The notes beneath the pieces are model-generated. The model was not told the origin of the DNA. It was given only the letters and a program-made list of their open reading frames with translations, and ran no database searches. Below, in pieces: positions 1-13,776 of a stretch of 64,000 nucleotides of DNA (its first letter is position 1; every line of letters begins with the position of its first letter). The DNA comes from Limisphaerales bacterium (lineage in GTDB: Bacteria; Verrucomicrobiota; Verrucomicrobiia; Limisphaerales; UBA11358): NCBI GenBank assembly GCA_003161635.1, contig PMOA01000148.1:26144-90143 (forward strand). Reading direction: 5' to 3'. Both the position numbers and the translations under genes were made by a program.

Positions 1-654
1 ATGGACGCCGGTGGTGGTTTCCTCGGAAACACCTTTCCAATCCTTCACGACGGTGTGCCAGAAACCGGGGCGGTCCTTCGCAACGCGCTTGAGCAAGGCC
101 TTGATGACGGCGACTTCGTGGTTGTCGCTGGGCGTGTTGACCCAGTTATCGCCGTTTTCGAGTTCGTAGCCCTTGTGGATCAGCAAGGTGGCGTCGCCGC
201 CGTCGTCCACGATGAGTTGCGGACCTTTATTGCCCGGATGCGTAAGCGCGGTGAGCGTAAAGTCCCAATATTCTTCGAGCGTTTCACCCTTGTGCGCGAA
301 GACCGGTGTGCCGGCAACGGCAACGGCGGCGGCGGCGTGGTCCTGGGTGCTGAAGATGTTGCAGCTCGCCCAGCGCACGGACGCGCCGAGTTCGACGAGC
401 GTCTCGATGAGGATGGCTGTCTCGATGGTCATGTGCAGCGAGCCGGTGATGCGCACGCCTTGGAGCGGCTTTTGCGGGCCGTATTTGGCGCGAATGGCCA
501 TCAGGCCGGGCATTTCGTGCTCGGAAACCTGGATGGTCTTGCGTCCCCACTCGGCGAGCGAGAGGTCGCGGACTTTGAAATCCGGTTTGGCGGCGCCGTT
601 GCCATTGGTTTTGACGACTTTGGCGCGGGAAGGTGAAAGTTTGATTGCGGGCAT
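1..654 (-). CDS. ahcY: Adenosylhomocysteinase, first 218 codons (gene runs off the left edge)
   Basis: Absent from the ORF track because it is open to the window edge. My reverse-strand translation from ATG 654-652 reads [14 protein letters not shown]...[66 protein letters not shown]..., a canonical AhcY N-terminus. It lies directly downstream of metK. The + ORF 1..636 is its antisense shadow. Confidence 0.9.
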   Translation of the reverse strand, partial: MPAIKLSPSRAKVVKTNGNGAAKPDFKVRDLSLAEWGRKTIQVSEHEMPGLMAIRAKYGPQKPLQGVRITGSLHMTIETAILIETLVELGASVRWASCNIFSTQDHAAAAVAVAGTPVFAHKGETLEEYWDFTLTALTHPGNKGPQLIVDDGGDATLLIHKGYELENGDNWVNTPSDNHEVAVIKALLKRVAKDRPGFWHTVVKDWKGVSEETTTGVH

Positions 655-688
655 ATTCGGTTGAGAGTTGAAAGTTGAGGGTTGAGAG

Positions 689-1876
<1,188 letters not shown>

Positions 1877-1906
1877 GAATTAATGGGTTAAAATGTCATA
1901 TTGACG

Positions 1907-1946
1907 TATCAAGATAGGATGATATATCTAATTTGAAGCGCGTCAA
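1907..1946 (-). promoter_or_regulatory. Candidate metK promoter (-35 TTGACG, 16 nt spacer, -10 TATCAT on the minus strand) overlapped by the palindrome TATCA-N8-TGATA
   Basis: On the plus strand, cgtcaa at 1941-1946 and atgata at 1919-1924. Inverted repeat TATCA (1907-1911) / TGATA (1920-1924). AT-rich divergent region between metK and the SahR-like gene. Confidence 0.3.
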
Positions 1947-2004
1947 ATGCTTTTTGAGAAAAAGATTGGACGGATGCTTGAAACGCGAAGCCGTGGTTTA
2001 GTCT

Positions 2005-2149
2005 CATTAACACCGGGTTTCAGCCCGGTGTGGGTGGCGACCAAGATATTCGAACCGTTTTAACGGCTTCGCGCGCGGGTGGAAAACCGTTGAAACGGTT
2101 TTTGGGGTTCAGCGTCATGCGTTCACCGGGCTGAAGCCCGGTGTTAATG
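2005..2149. repeat. MITE-like element with 26-bp terminal inverted repeats
   Basis: cattaacaccgggtttcagcccggtg (2005-2030) matches the reverse complement of 2124-2149 at 25/26 positions. Each arm is itself palindromic. Internal hairpins gaaccgttttaacggcttc and aaaaccgttgaaacggtttt. The ORF 2020..2373 (-) is just its translation. Confidence 0.6.
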
Positions 2150-3115
2150 AAAGTGGCAGATGAAGTAAGTAAGACACAAAAAATGTCCGGCACGTTGAAA
2201 TCATTGCGAGCCCTGTCCGATCCGACGCGGCTGCGCATCGTGGCGCTGCTGGAGCGCGACGAACTGTCCGTGAACGAGCTGCAGGAAATCACGCGGCTCG
2301 GCCAGTCGCGCATCTCAACACACCTTGGGCTGCTCTCGGACTGCGCGCTGGTGCAGTCGCGGCGCGAGGGCAAGCGAACGTTCTACAAGCTCAACCCGCA
2401 GACGGATGGCACGGCGGGCGAATTCATCCAGCTCGCAATTCGTGGTGCAAAAGAATTGCACGAACACGGCGGCGACCAGATCAATCTCAAGCGCGTGGTG
2501 AACCGCCGCCGCGAGCAGGCCCAGGTTTATTTCAACCAGATTGCCGGTCGCTTCGACCGCGTTTACGGGCCGGGCCGTTCATGGCAGGCCTTCGGGCATT
2601 TGCTGCTGCGCATTCTGCCGCCGTTGACCGTGGCTGATCTCGGATCGGGCGAGGGTTTGTTGAGCGAACTGCTGGCGCGGCGCTGCAAAAAAGTCATCGC
2701 CGTGGACAATTCGGAGAAGATTGTCGCCTTCGGCGCGGCGAAGGCGAAGAAGAACGGGCTGAAAAACCTGGAATTCCGGCAGGGCGATTTGCAAAAGCCG
2801 CCCATTGAAGCCGGGAGCGTGGACCTGGTGATTTTGAGCCAGGCGCTGCATCACGCCGAAATTCCGGCGGATGCGATTGCTGCCGCCCACAAAATCCTCC
2901 GGCCGCGCGGACAGATTTTGATTCTCGATTTGCTCAAGCACAATTTCGGGAAGGCGCGCGAGCTTTACGGCGACCGCTGGCCCGGCTTTGCCGAGAGCGA
3001 TTTGCATCACTGGCTCGAAGGAGCGGGGTTCAAAAAGATCGAGATCAGCGTGGTCGCCCGCGAAGAACAGCCGCCGCACTTCCAAACCATTCTGGCAGGC
3101 GGGGAAAAGGGTTGA
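2141..3115 (+). CDS. sahR: ArsR-type HTH fused to a SAM-methyltransferase-like domain (SahR-like regulator of the SAM cycle)
   Basis: N-terminus LRALSDPTRLRIVALLERDELSVNELQEITRLGQSRISTHLGLL is an ArsR/SmtB HTH. C-terminus VADLGSGEGLLSELLARRCKKVIAVDNS is a class I MTase fold. Divergent from metK-ahcY. The true start is more likely ATG 2183 (MSGTLKSLRAL...), because 2141-2149 lies in the repeat arm. Confidence 0.65.
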   Translation: MLMKVADEVSKTQKMSGTLKSLRALSDPTRLRIVALLERDELSVNELQEITRLGQSRISTHLGLLSDCALVQSRREGKRTFYKLNPQTDGTAGEFIQLAIRGAKELHEHGGDQINLKRVVNRRREQAQVYFNQIAGRFDRVYGPGRSWQAFGHLLLRILPPLTVADLGSGEGLLSELLARRCKKVIAVDNSEKIVAFGAAKAKKNGLKNLEFRQGDLQKPPIEAGSVDLVILSQALHHAEIPADAIAAAHKILRPRGQILILDLLKHNFGKARELYGDRWPGFAESDLHHWLEGAGFKKIEISVVAREEQPPHFQTILAGGEKG

Positions 3116-3130
3116 TTGGTGTGGCCGTGG

Positions 3131-3208
3131 ACGTCAGTCCGCACCAATTTCATCCACCTGACTACTTCACAATTGAGTTCAGCGCCGACTGACGTCGGCG
3201 GCTACAGA
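3131..3208. repeat. Intergenic REP-like element ('TDVGGY' family)
   Basis: Contains gcgccgactgacgtcggcggctacaga (3182-3208). Its exact 27-nt reverse complement lies inside leuS at 4202-4228. Also shares the cagtccgc and ctgac(t/a)cttc(c)ac blocks with that copy. Confidence 0.7.
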
Positions 3209-3211
3209 GAT

Positions 3212-6523
<3,312 letters not shown>

Positions 6524-6536
6524 GCCATTTTGAGCT

Positions 6537-6565
6537 TTGACATGGGTTAAAAGTAAGCGTAATAA
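6537..6565 (+). promoter_or_regulatory. Sigma-70-type promoter candidate for the pseudopilin gene
   Basis: TTGACA (6537-6542), 17 nt spacer, TAATAA (6560-6565), about 40 nt upstream of ATG 6608. Confidence 0.35.
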
Positions 6566-6607
6566 TTTAAATCTGACATTCAGGGGATGGTTTCCTGAAT
6601 TCGTGCC

Positions 6608-7462
6608 ATGATCATTTTGCCCGTTTCCCGGACTTCAGTGCTTGCCAGCGAAGCAAGAGGGAAGGGGTTTACCCTGATAGAACTGCTGGTGGTGATTGCC
6701 ATCATCGCCATCCTGTCGGCGATTTTGTTGCCGGCATTGTCCCAGGCAAAAGGGCGGGCGCAGGCCATCCTGTGCCTGAACAACACCAAGCAGCTCACCC
6801 TGGGGTGGCAACTCTACGCGGACGATTTCGAACGCCGGCTGCCCTACAACCTCGGCATGGTCGGGTCGTCGTTTCGCACCCCGCTCAACTGGGTCAACAA
6901 TGTCATGACCTGGGGGCTTGACCCGGATAATACCAACACCGCCACCCTCACCGAGGCGAGTCTCGGCCCTTTTGTCAGTCAGGCGACGGCCATTTACCGT
7001 TGTCCCTCCGACCACGTCGTCAGCGCGGCCCAAAGCGCCGCCGGCTGGGACAGGCGCATCCGCAGTTATTCAATGAACGCGATGGTTGGCGACGCGGGCG
7101 ACTTTTCCACCAACGGCTTCAACATCAACAACCCTGAATACACGCAGTTCTTTAAAATCACCCAGATTCCGCAGCCGGTGGAAATTTTTGTGTTTCTCGA
7201 CGAGCACCCGGACAGCATCAACGACGGCTATTTTCTGGAACGCGACTATTATCCGGAGTGGCACGACCTGCCCGCTTCCTATCACAACGGCAGCGCCGCG
7301 TTTTCGTTTGCCGATGGACACAGCTCGCTGCATCGCTGGACGCAACCCGACACCTACCGTCCGCCGATTCCGGATGGCGCGAACCTCCCCATTTCTGTTT
7401 CCTCCAGCGGGAACCAGGACCTCGAGTGGGTGCTCGGTCACATGAGCGTGGATCACCACTGA
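6608..7462 (+). CDS. Type II secretion pseudopilin-like protein (prepilin N-terminal methylation motif + DUF1559 / H-X9-DG)
   Basis: [26 protein letters not shown]-terminal [11 protein letters not shown]. Confidence 0.85.
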   Translation: MIILPVSRTSVLASEARGKGFTLIELLVVIAIIAILSAILLPALSQAKGRAQAILCLNNTKQLTLGWQLYADDFERRLPYNLGMVGSSFRTPLNWVNNVMTWGLDPDNTNTATLTEASLGPFVSQATAIYRCPSDHVVSAAQSAAGWDRRIRSYSMNAMVGDAGDFSTNGFNINNPEYTQFFKITQIPQPVEIFVFLDEHPDSINDGYFLERDYYPEWHDLPASYHNGSAAFSFADGHSSLHRWTQPDTYRPPIPDGANLPISVSSSGNQDLEWVLGHMSVDHH

Positions 7463-7475
7463 CGACCGGCCGTGC

Positions 7476-8231
7476 TCACAAATACTGTTGCAGTGTTTGT
7501 TCGTCTCCTTCCATCCCCAACACGTACAACGTGTCTCCTTGCGTCCAGGTCACAGTCATGAGTTTGTTGACCTGGACAAACTGGCGCGAACCCATCGGCG
7601 GCGCATTCTTCACCGTGGAACGGTCAATGACGAACAGCCAAAGGTCGCTTTGCTGTCCCGGCGGCAGCGGCTTGCCGGTGTGAAAACAAATCATCGAAAC
7701 TTTTGCGCCCTGCCAGCCTTCAATCGCACAACCGGTCACGGCGGTTTTTTCCAAAGGCGCGGGCAAAACGTAATCCGACGGCGCGTGATTTTGCGCGAGG
7801 TAGGCGCGGACCTGCGCCGGATTATTCGTCGCCAGATCCATGGTGTAGCCGCGCAGCGCGACGCCCGCCATCCGGCTTCGGTAAATGGCGAATGTCTCTT
7901 CATTTCCGCGGTGCTGGAACCAGAGGGGTGCCAGGACAACCAGCGCCGCAACGACCGCCGCCGCCGCCAGAACCGCTCGCTGCCGCCAGAAAATAACTTT
8001 CTCCTGTGCCGCCTGTTCGGAAATGATTTGCTCCTTCAATCCGGCGGGCGCGGTGATTTGCCGGAATCCGGCGCGCAACGTCTCCTGCCGCGCGCAATGC
8101 TCCACCAGCCAGCGCGTCAGTTCCGGATCCTGCCTGGCCAGCTCGAGCGCCCTGGCAATTTGTGGATCATCGGCGTCCGCCGTGCCGGGCCGGTAGAGCA
8201 GTAAAATGGTTTTGGCTTCGTCGCGATTCAC
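7476..8231 (-). CDS. Putative membrane anti-sigma factor
   Basis: GTG start overlaps the sigma stop (GTGA at 8231-8228), suggesting translational coupling. One TM segment (VLAAAAVVAALVVLAPLW) follows an N-terminal cytoplasmic helix region. The upstream part of the track ORF (to 8369) overlaps the sigma gene and is unlikely to be real. Confidence 0.6.
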   Translation of the reverse strand: MNRDEAKTILLLYRPGTADADDPQIARALELARQDPELTRWLVEHCARQETLRAGFRQITAPAGLKEQIISEQAAQEKVIFWRQRAVLAAAAVVAALVVLAPLWFQHRGNEETFAIYRSRMAGVALRGYTMDLATNNPAQVRAYLAQNHAPSDYVLPAPLEKTAVTGCAIEGWQGAKVSMICFHTGKPLPPGQQSDLWLFVIDRSTVKNAPPMGSRQFVQVNKLMTVTWTQGDTLYVLGMEGDEQTLQQYL

Positions 8232-8752
8232 AAGTTTGGTGGTTGGGGTTGCGCGTTGGTGGTGGTGTCCGTCAGCAGTTGGTGCAGCCGTCCGAGGCCG
8301 CGGGTGAGGCGCGATTTGACTGTGCCGAGCGGCACGTCGAGAATTTCGGCAATCTCGTTGTAGGAACAATCCTGCAAGTAAAACAACGCGACGGGCGCCT
8401 GATAAATTTCATCCAGGCGCGCCAGGGCATCGAGCGCCTGTCCGGCGTCGAGGCGGTTGGCGGTGGGCGGCGGCACGACGGGAAGTTCCGCCGCCGCGAA
8501 TTCCAGTTCGATGTGCGGAAAGCGGGTTTGCCTTCGTCGCGCGCCGAGAAACTCGCGGTGCAGGGTGGTGAAGAGCCAGGTTTTCACTTTGGAGGCATCG
8601 CGCAACTGGTGGCCCTTGGCCGCCCAAATGCAAAAAGTTTGTTGTGTAAGGTCACAGGCGTCCGGCTCGTCACGCGCGAGGCTGAGGGCAAATTGATACA
8701 GCGGCTCGTAATAACGAGCCACCAGGCTTTCAAATTCCACGTTGTCAGCCAT
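8228..8752 (-). CDS. ECF-family RNA polymerase sigma factor
   Basis: Region 2 YYEPLYQFALSLARDEPDACDLTQQTF. Region 4 CSYNEIAEILDVPLGTVKSRLTRG. Confidence 0.9.
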   Translation of the reverse strand: MADNVEFESLVARYYEPLYQFALSLARDEPDACDLTQQTFCIWAAKGHQLRDASKVKTWLFTTLHREFLGARRRQTRFPHIELEFAAAELPVVPPPTANRLDAGQALDALARLDEIYQAPVALFYLQDCSYNEIAEILDVPLGTVKSRLTRGLGRLHQLLTDTTTNAQPQPPNL

Positions 8753-8768
8753 GTCAAGTCATCGATAG

Positions 8769-8850
8769 TAAGAGGCTTTAGTGCAACATTTGTTCCCGTG
8801 AAATGCGAACTTAAAATTGCCGGGAACAATATTCGTCTTCATCGCTCTCA
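8769..8850. promoter_or_regulatory. Back-to-back ECF-type promoter pair, GGAAC-N17-CTCT(T/C)A
   Basis: + strand: GGAAC 8823-8827, 17 nt, CTCTCA 8845-8850 (towards 8948). - strand: GGAAC = complement of 8792-8796, 17 nt, CTCTTA = complement of 8769-8774 (towards the sigma ATG at 8752). The same architecture is repeated at 13777-13847. Confidence 0.45.
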
Positions 8851-8947
8851 CTAAACGAAGCGAGCATTGCCGGGTGTTTATGGCAGATAAAACGCAATGG
8901 CATAAACTGTTATCCGTCCGAACCTAGCTGTTAACATATACGAACCT

Positions 8948-11581
8948 ATGAAATTAGAAATCTTCACGTATCAAAAATCATTCATAACCGTCCGGTCACT
9001 TCAAGCAACCAGCCTCGTGAGCGCCGCAGGATGGCTCACACTCCTTTTGTTCGCCGGTCTGGCTGCGCCAGTGGCGACGAAAGCCGCCACGATTTGGAAT
9101 GGCCCGCCCGTCAGCGAGAGCAATGCCACCGAACCGGACAAAATCACGGCCAACGTGTGGCTGACGCGCGGGGGTAGTCAAGGACTCTACAACGCCAAAA
9201 CGGAAGCCGGCTTCACCCATTTTTTCAGCCCGGCGGACACCGAGTGGGCCGACGGGACGACCGCCAACTACGCTTCGCTTTCCTATACGGATTGGAACAC
9301 TTGGTCCAAAAATATTCATGGCGGCCCGCCGAACACGGTCGGCGTGAACGCCGTCGTCCATCTCAAAACGGATGACATTTACATAGACATCACCTTCACT
9401 TCCTGGAGCATTGGCAGCGCGTATTCTTATCAGCGTGCCACTCCACCGGCTGACAACAATCCTCCCACCGTCACCATCACTTCCCCCACTAACGGCGCCT
9501 CCTTCACCTCGCCAGCCAATGTCCCCATCACCGCCAACGCGAACGACTCCGACGGCAGCGTCACGAATGTGGCATTCTTCGACGGGGGCACGTTCCTTGG
9601 CGGGACCAACAACACACCCTACACCGTTACGGCCAGCCTCGCCACCGGCGCCCACGCGCTCACCGCGGTGGCCACGGACAACCTCGGTCTCTCCACCACG
9701 TCCACCGTCGTGAACGTGACGGTCAATATTGGGAACAGGCCACCCAGCGTGACCATCACCAACCCGGCTAATAACGCCACCTTCGGCAACACCGACACTG
9801 TGACCGTCCAGAACTCCGCCAGTGATTCGGATGGCAGCGTGACGAACGTCCAGCTTTTCAACGGGGCCGTGTTGCTGCGCAGTTTTTCCACCGGACCCTA
9901 CAACTTCTCCGGCACCTCAATCTCGGGCAACTTCGCGCTTGGCACAAATACCTTGACCGCGGTAGCCACGGACAACCTCGGCGCCACGACGACCTCGGCG
10001 CCAGTTCATGTGATCATAGCCAGATACCTGCCCCCGATTACGAACGGCAGCATTAACATCCTCCTGCAACCCGTCGCCACCAACCTGGCCGCGCCCGACT
10101 ACGCCATCAGTCCGCCCGGCGACACCAACCGACTATTCGTCGTGGAGCAGAACGGGTTGCTGCGGATCATCCAGAACGGGACCCTGTTGCCCGGGTCGGC
10201 CCTCGACATCCAGAGCCGCGTGGCACCGCCGCTGGTTCCGTCCAACGCCAACGACGAACGCGGCTTCCTCGGACTGGCTTTTCATCCAGGTTTCAACAAC
10301 CCGGCCAGCCCCGGTTATCAAACGCTCTACACCTATAACAGCGAACTGATACCGGCAGGGACGAACCCCACTTACGTGGTGCCAAACGGGGTCACGAACA
10401 ACTACAGGAACGTCGTCAACGAGTGGAAAATCTCGTCCACGAACGCCAATGTCGTTGATCCCGCCTCGCGCCGGGAGGTCATCTCGTTCGGCAAGAATGC
10501 AGCCAATCATAACGGCGGCACATGCACCTTTGGACCGGACGGCTACATGTATCTCGCGTTGGGTGATGGTGGCAACGCCAACGATGTCGGACCGAGCCAC
10601 ATCGTGCCGGGCGGCAACGCCCAGAACTTGAGCACCCCGCTCGGCAAAATGTTGCGCTTTGACCCGCTCAATCCCGCCCTGACGCCGGGCAGCTCCGACC
10701 CGATCAGCACCAACGGACTATATCGCATCCCGACGAGCAACCCGTTCCAGGGGCCGGGCCAGGTGCCGGAGATCTACGCCTACGGTCTGCGCAATCCGTA
10801 TCGGTTTGCCTTCGACCGCGTCACTGGCGACCTGATTGAGGGCGATGTCGGCCAGAACAACGTTGAGGAGATCAATCGCATTGTCCTCGGCGGCAACTTC
10901 GGCTGGGCGGTCAAGGAAGGCGACTTCCTTTTCAACCAAACGAACGGTCCGGCCGGGCCTGCCGGCACCATCGGCACGCCGCCGGGAAATCGCAGCCCGG
11001 GACTTCCGGCGGGCCTGATTGACCCGATTTCCGGCACGTTGGGAACACTGGAATACGACCACAACGAAGGCATCTCCATCACCGGCGGCTTCGTCTATCG
11101 CGGCACCGCGATCCCGGAGCTATACGGCAAGTATATCTTCGGCGACTTGGCCCTGATAACGACGCCGGTGCGGGTGAACGGTCGTCTCTTCTACGCCGAT
11201 CTTCAGACCGGTCAGATCAAGGCGTTTCCATTGTCCCAGTTTGGCGGCTCGGCAATTCTGCCGAATGGCCTTACTGTGCATGGCTTCGGCCAGGACGCCG
11301 ATGGCGAGATTTACGCCTTGGTGACCAACACGTCGGCGAATGGGACCGGCGGAATCGTTTACAAGCTCGTCGCTCTGCGCCTGGCGTTCCAGAGGAACGG
11401 CAATCAGTTGGACATATCCTGGCCCCCCACCGGTGGGCACTTGGAAGCGCAGACCAACAGCCTGAGCGTTGGACTGGGCACGAACTGGGGCACCGTGCCA
11501 GGATCGGCGGCAACCAATCACGTCGTCGTTCCTCTTGACCAGTCCAACGGCAGCGTGTTCTACCGGCTGGCCGTACCGTGA
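8948..11581 (+). CDS. Secreted multidomain protein: N-terminal domain + 2 Ig-like repeats + soluble PQQ-type glucose/sorbosone dehydrogenase (GSDH) beta-propeller + FYRL C-terminal module
   Basis: Signal peptide. Repeats PPTVTITSPTNGASF...DSDGSVTNV and PPSVTITNPANNATF...DSDGSVTNV. GSDH motifs DERGFLGLAFHPGF, HNGGTCTFGPDGYMYLALGDGG, YAYGLRNPYRFAFD and GGFVYRGTAIPELYGKYIFGD. Confidence 0.85.
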   Translation: MKLEIFTYQKSFITVRSLQATSLVSAAGWLTLLLFAGLAAPVATKAATIWNGPPVSESNATEPDKITANVWLTRGGSQGLYNAKTEAGFTHFFSPADTEWADGTTANYASLSYTDWNTWSKNIHGGPPNTVGVNAVVHLKTDDIYIDITFTSWSIGSAYSYQRATPPADNNPPTVTITSPTNGASFTSPANVPITANANDSDGSVTNVAFFDGGTFLGGTNNTPYTVTASLATGAHALTAVATDNLGLSTTSTVVNVTVNIGNRPPSVTITNPANNATFGNTDTVTVQNSASDSDGSVTNVQLFNGAVLLRSFSTGPYNFSGTSISGNFALGTNTLTAVATDNLGATTTSAPVHVIIARYLPPITNGSINILLQPVATNLAAPDYAISPPGDTNRLFVVEQNGLLRIIQNGTLLPGSALDIQSRVAPPLVPSNANDERGFLGLAFHPGFNNPASPGYQTLYTYNSELIPAGTNPTYVVPNGVTNNYRNVVNEWKISSTNANVVDPASRREVISFGKNAANHNGGTCTFGPDGYMYLALGDGGNANDVGPSHIVPGGNAQNLSTPLGKMLRFDPLNPALTPGSSDPISTNGLYRIPTSNPFQGPGQVPEIYAYGLRNPYRFAFDRVTGDLIEGDVGQNNVEEINRIVLGGNFGWAVKEGDFLFNQTNGPAGPAGTIGTPPGNRSPGLPAGLIDPISGTLGTLEYDHNEGISITGGFVYRGTAIPELYGKYIFGDLALITTPVRVNGRLFYADLQTGQIKAFPLSQFGGSAILPNGLTVHGFGQDADGEIYALVTNTSANGTGGIVYKLVALRLAFQRNGNQLDISWPPTGGHLEAQTNSLSVGLGTNWGTVPGSAATNHVVVPLDQSNGSVFYRLAVP

Positions 11582-11595
11582 TTGATGACCATTCG

Positions 11596-11976
11596 CCACG
11601 GCCGCCGCGCTCAACGTCAACGTCACCACGCTCGATTATCCGATTTACGAATATGGCCACGGTTCCGCCGGCATCGCCATCATCGGCGGCTGCGTTTATC
11701 GTGGCACGAACTACACCGAACCTGGCCGGGCAGTATGTCTTCGGCGACTTCAACACCAGCTTCGGCGTGCCTGACGGGCAGATTTATTACCTGGCATAAA
11801 TGCGCCCCGGGATTTGGGAGCGTTTTTCGTTCCAGCTCTGGCCAACTGGCGGCCGCTTGGTGCGCTTCATCAAGGGATTCGGCGAGGACGAAGCAGGGGA
11901 AATCTATCTATTAAGCTCAACCATACTTGGTCCCACAGGACGGACAGGTGACGTCCGCCGGCTCACGCCGCCGTGA
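11596..11976 (+). pseudogene. C-terminal fragment of a second GSDH paralogue (frameshift near 11726, in-frame TAA 11797-11799)
   Basis: YEYGHGSAGIAIIGGCVYRGTNYTE / LAGQYVFGDFNTSFGVPDGQIYYLA* / MRPGIWERF...GFGEDEAGEIYLLS parallels the end of the 8948 gene (ISITGGFVYRGTAIPELYGKYIFGD...GFGQDADGEIYALV). Confidence 0.55.
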
Positions 11977-12023
11977 TGCTTACGGAAACCCGCAAACAGA
12001 AAAAAAAACAGAAAAACAAAACT

Positions 12024-13267
12024 ATGAAAAATAATTTAATAGCACCGCTCGAAACCAAAACAACTGCCGCGATCCAGATTGAAATCCGCCGCCGCAAATG
12101 CGCGCGGCTGCTGATTCCACTTCTGGCGTGTGTCATTCTCGGAACGCCGGCCAAAACGGCAGCGCAAACATTCGCCACGTATCCCGCAGGCGACGATGTC
12201 ACTCCTTCACTCGGCCAATTTCAAATTGTGCTCGATCAGGCATGGGTCAAGATTTTTGACGTCATCATACCCAACAGCCCGCTGGGAAGCGTATTGTCAA
12301 CCAAGCACATAAAGCTCTACCACAACGGGGTCATCACCAGTCCCACACTTTACGATCCGAATACCTTGATTGGCCGGTGGATTACGCCGGAACGCTAACA
12401 GGTCAAGCGCCAGGCCGCACCTATGTCAACGAAAGCCAGTTGGTCGTTCATCCCACCTGGCCAGGCCCGACCGGCGGAGCGCGTGAAATTCACACTTTTC
12501 TCAAATCCATTCACATGGTTGATTCATTAACCACGCGCGTGGGATTTTCGGTCAAGGCCGGGATGCAGGCCCCGACCCGGCCCGTGAGCGCCGGCCAGGT
12601 CGAAGGCGGCAGCGTGCAGGACGACTTTCCCGCCAATAGTTTCTTCAACGTTTAGGTAGTGGTGGATCTCCCGGCCGGCGGTTCCCTGCCGGCCATTCAA
12701 CTGGTTAACGTGGATCCGCTCCTCGTCCAGCAGACCAACATTTCTTTGTTCCCGCCGCATGTTGTCTATCAGCACGAAAATTCCACCGCCGTGTCGGTGT
12801 ATTTCAACAACGACTGCATCATCCACGACCCGACGACCGGCGCGGACATTCCGGTTGTGCGGGGAACGCTTTTCGGCCAGTTAACCCTGGCCGGCCACGG
12901 GATCAGCTTCAGTTCCGTCGAAGTGGAGTCGTTCCAGGCGGAGTTCGAAAATGAAAGCGCCACGAACACGATGCCGCTCAACACCGCGCCGATCACCAAC
13001 AGCACCATTGTGGACTTTTCGCCGGATTACAACGCGGCCCCATGCTCGCTGTCCGGCGGTCATTTCGTCTCCAATGGATCGTTTATTTTCACGATCAATT
13101 ACCTGACTCCCAACACCACCAACTACCTGCAAGTAAGCACCGACCTTGGTTCCGGGAGTTGGCAAACCATCGCGACGATCATTCCCACGACGAACAGTTT
13201 CACCTTCGTGGACCCCGACGCCATGAACAACCCGCAAAGGTTTTACCGCCTCTCGTTGGCACCGTGA
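12024..13267 (+). pseudogene. Disrupted secreted protein with FYRL C-terminal module (frameshift 12377-12398, in-frame TAG 12653-12655)
   Basis: Three consecutive track ORFs (11973.., 12377.., 12659..) read through as one protein. Signal peptide MKNNLIAPLE...LLIPLLACVILGTPAKTAAQ. Ends NPQRFYRLSLAP. Confidence 0.55.
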
Positions 13268-13377
13268 AGCTCAATACTGATTTCAAAAACCAGAAAAACA
13301 ATCAAACAACATGTATTAGACCTGAAGTGTTGGGAACAAATGTCGTCCCCGCGCCTTTAAACACGAGGCAAACATCT

Positions 13378-13584
13378 ATGGCCTTTTTCATGAAAAATAT
13401 TTTATCGGTCATCGCCATGGCAGTTGTGCTGTGCCTTGGCTCTGTGCCTTCCAGCCTTGGTACCACGGCCAACTGGGTTACGCTTGTCACCAACACGGCG
13501 GCGAGCAATCCGGTCGTCTTCGTGGACAATCACGCGACGAACGGCTCTGGCTTTTACCGTGTCGGGCGGCTGCCCAATCCATGA
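13378..13584 (+). pseudogene. Remnant ORF: a signal peptide joined to the last ~38 aa of the FYRV module
   Basis: MAFFMKNILSVIAMAVVLCLG...NWVTLVTNTAASNPVVFVDNHATNGSGFYRVGRLPNP is near-identical to the C-terminus of the 13969 gene. Confidence 0.4.
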
Positions 13585-13616
13585 CGGGTTGCAGAGGAAA
13601 CTTTGAATATGCGGTC

Positions 13617-13760
13617 GTGGCCCTTGGCCGCCCAAATGCAAAAAGTTTCTTGTGTAAGGTCACAGGCGTCTGCTTCGTCCCGCGCGAGACTGTAGGCAAA
13701 TTGGAACAGCGGCTCGTAATAACAAGGCACCAACTGCTCAAAATCCGGGCCTTCAGCCAT
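13617..13760 (-). pseudogene. 5' fragment (about 48 codons) of a duplicated ECF sigma gene
   Basis: MAEGPDFEQLVPCYYEPLFQFAYSLARDEADACDLTQETFCIWAAKGH aligns with the first 48 aa of 8228..8752. DNA 13617-13847 parallels 8609-8850. Homology stops abruptly at 13617. Confidence 0.7.
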
Positions 13761-13776
13761 ATCGCAACATTGAAGT

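Noticed and set aside
1-636. 211-aa + strand ORF at the left edge
   Set aside because: Gly/Ala/Arg/Val-rich antisense shadow. The opposite strand encodes a textbook AhcY N-terminus.
1877-2004. SAM or SAH riboswitch in the metK leader
   Set aside because: The leader is short and AT-rich and lacks the conserved GC-rich helices of those riboswitch classes. A protein regulator (SahR-like) is encoded next door.
8789-8830. TTGTTCCCG...CGGGAACAA inverted repeat as a LexA (TGTTC-N4-GAACA) operator
   Set aside because: The half-sites are 26 nt apart here and 15 nt apart at 13800-13824, not 4 nt. The conserved feature is instead the GGAAC-N17-CTCTTA spacing on each strand.
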